Origin: Mustelus asterias
Taxonomy: Eukaryota
Direction: 5' to 3'
Length of the DNA stretch: 64,000 nucleotides
Assembly: GCF_964213995.1 (NCBI RefSeq)
Contig: NC_135806.1
Location: forward strand, 107,260,001 to 107,324,000
Positions 63,571 through 64,000 of the stretch are shown one piece after another; position 1 is the first letter of the stretch; every line of letters begins with the position of its first letter. A program made the position numbers and the translations under genes. The notes under the pieces were generated by a model. That model made no database searches and was not told the DNA's origin. It worked only from the letters and a program-made list of their open reading frames with translations.

Positions 63571-63758
63571 CCCCTCCCCCCCCCACCCCACCGCCCCCCA
63601 ATATGTTCATGGATTTTCTGTGGTGTTGTTACTGGTAAATAATTCATTTTTTTAAAATGTAAGATCTGTGTAGTTATGCAATTGTGCACAATGTATTCAT
63701 TTCACTGAAGTAGATTTGTATCCTCTTTTAGGATCCCACAGTTTAGTTGAGCATATCG

Positions 63759-63987
63759 AAAGAGAAAATGCTGAAAAATCTCAGCCGGTCTGGCGGCATC
63801 TGTAAGGAGAAAAAAGAGCTGATGTTTCGAGTCCAGATGACCCTTTGTCCAGCTTTGACAAGGGTCGTCTGGGCTCGAAAGGTCAGCTCTTTTCTCTCCT
63901 TGCAGATGCTGCCAGACCTGCTGAGATTTTCCAGCATTTTCTCTTTTGCTTTCAGATTCCAGCATCTGCAGTAATTTGCTTTTATTT
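63759..63987. mobile_element. Penelope-like fold-back mini-element (~94-bp imperfect arms centred on AGCT 63851-63854, plus a 40-bp unpaired extension)
   Basis: aaagagaaaatgctg...ccctttgtc pairs with gacaaggg...cagcattttctcttt. Both arms carry a degenerate hammerhead; the right arm reads TTGACAA-GGGTC-GTCTG-GGCTC-GAAA-GGTC. Confidence 0.8.
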
Positions 63988-64000
63988 AATCAGGCATATC

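Overview
Vertebrate genomic DNA, almost certainly from a shark: it is dense in HE1/V-SINEs, Deu-domain SINEs, CR1-type LINEs and Penelope remnants. Three spliced genes lie in the order known from human 5q13. CCDC125 (minus strand) has a putative non-coding exon 1 in a CpG island at ~24.1 kb and 7 coding exons from 17830 down to 827; its 3' end is off-window. AK6 (minus strand) is complete, with 5 exons at 39103..26153 encoding 172 aa. RAD17 (plus strand) has 10 coding exons at 44362..63146, shares a head-to-head CpG-island promoter with AK6, and its 3' end is off-window. No TAF9 ORF is present inside AK6, unlike the human locus. The most unusual signals: fold-back mini-elements from several Penelope-like families that fold at or next to minimal hammerhead-ribozyme motifs (one is a perfect 78-bp palindrome with a target-site duplication); an HE1 SINE subfamily whose tail resembles the Rex1/Babar LINE tail instead of the CR1/HER1 tail; two abutting pieces of a young HE1 on either side of two RAD17 exons; and a GC-AG intron and an overlapping uORF in RAD17. 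Gene identities rest on remembered human protein sequences, repeat names on remembered motifs, and repeat boundaries are approximate.
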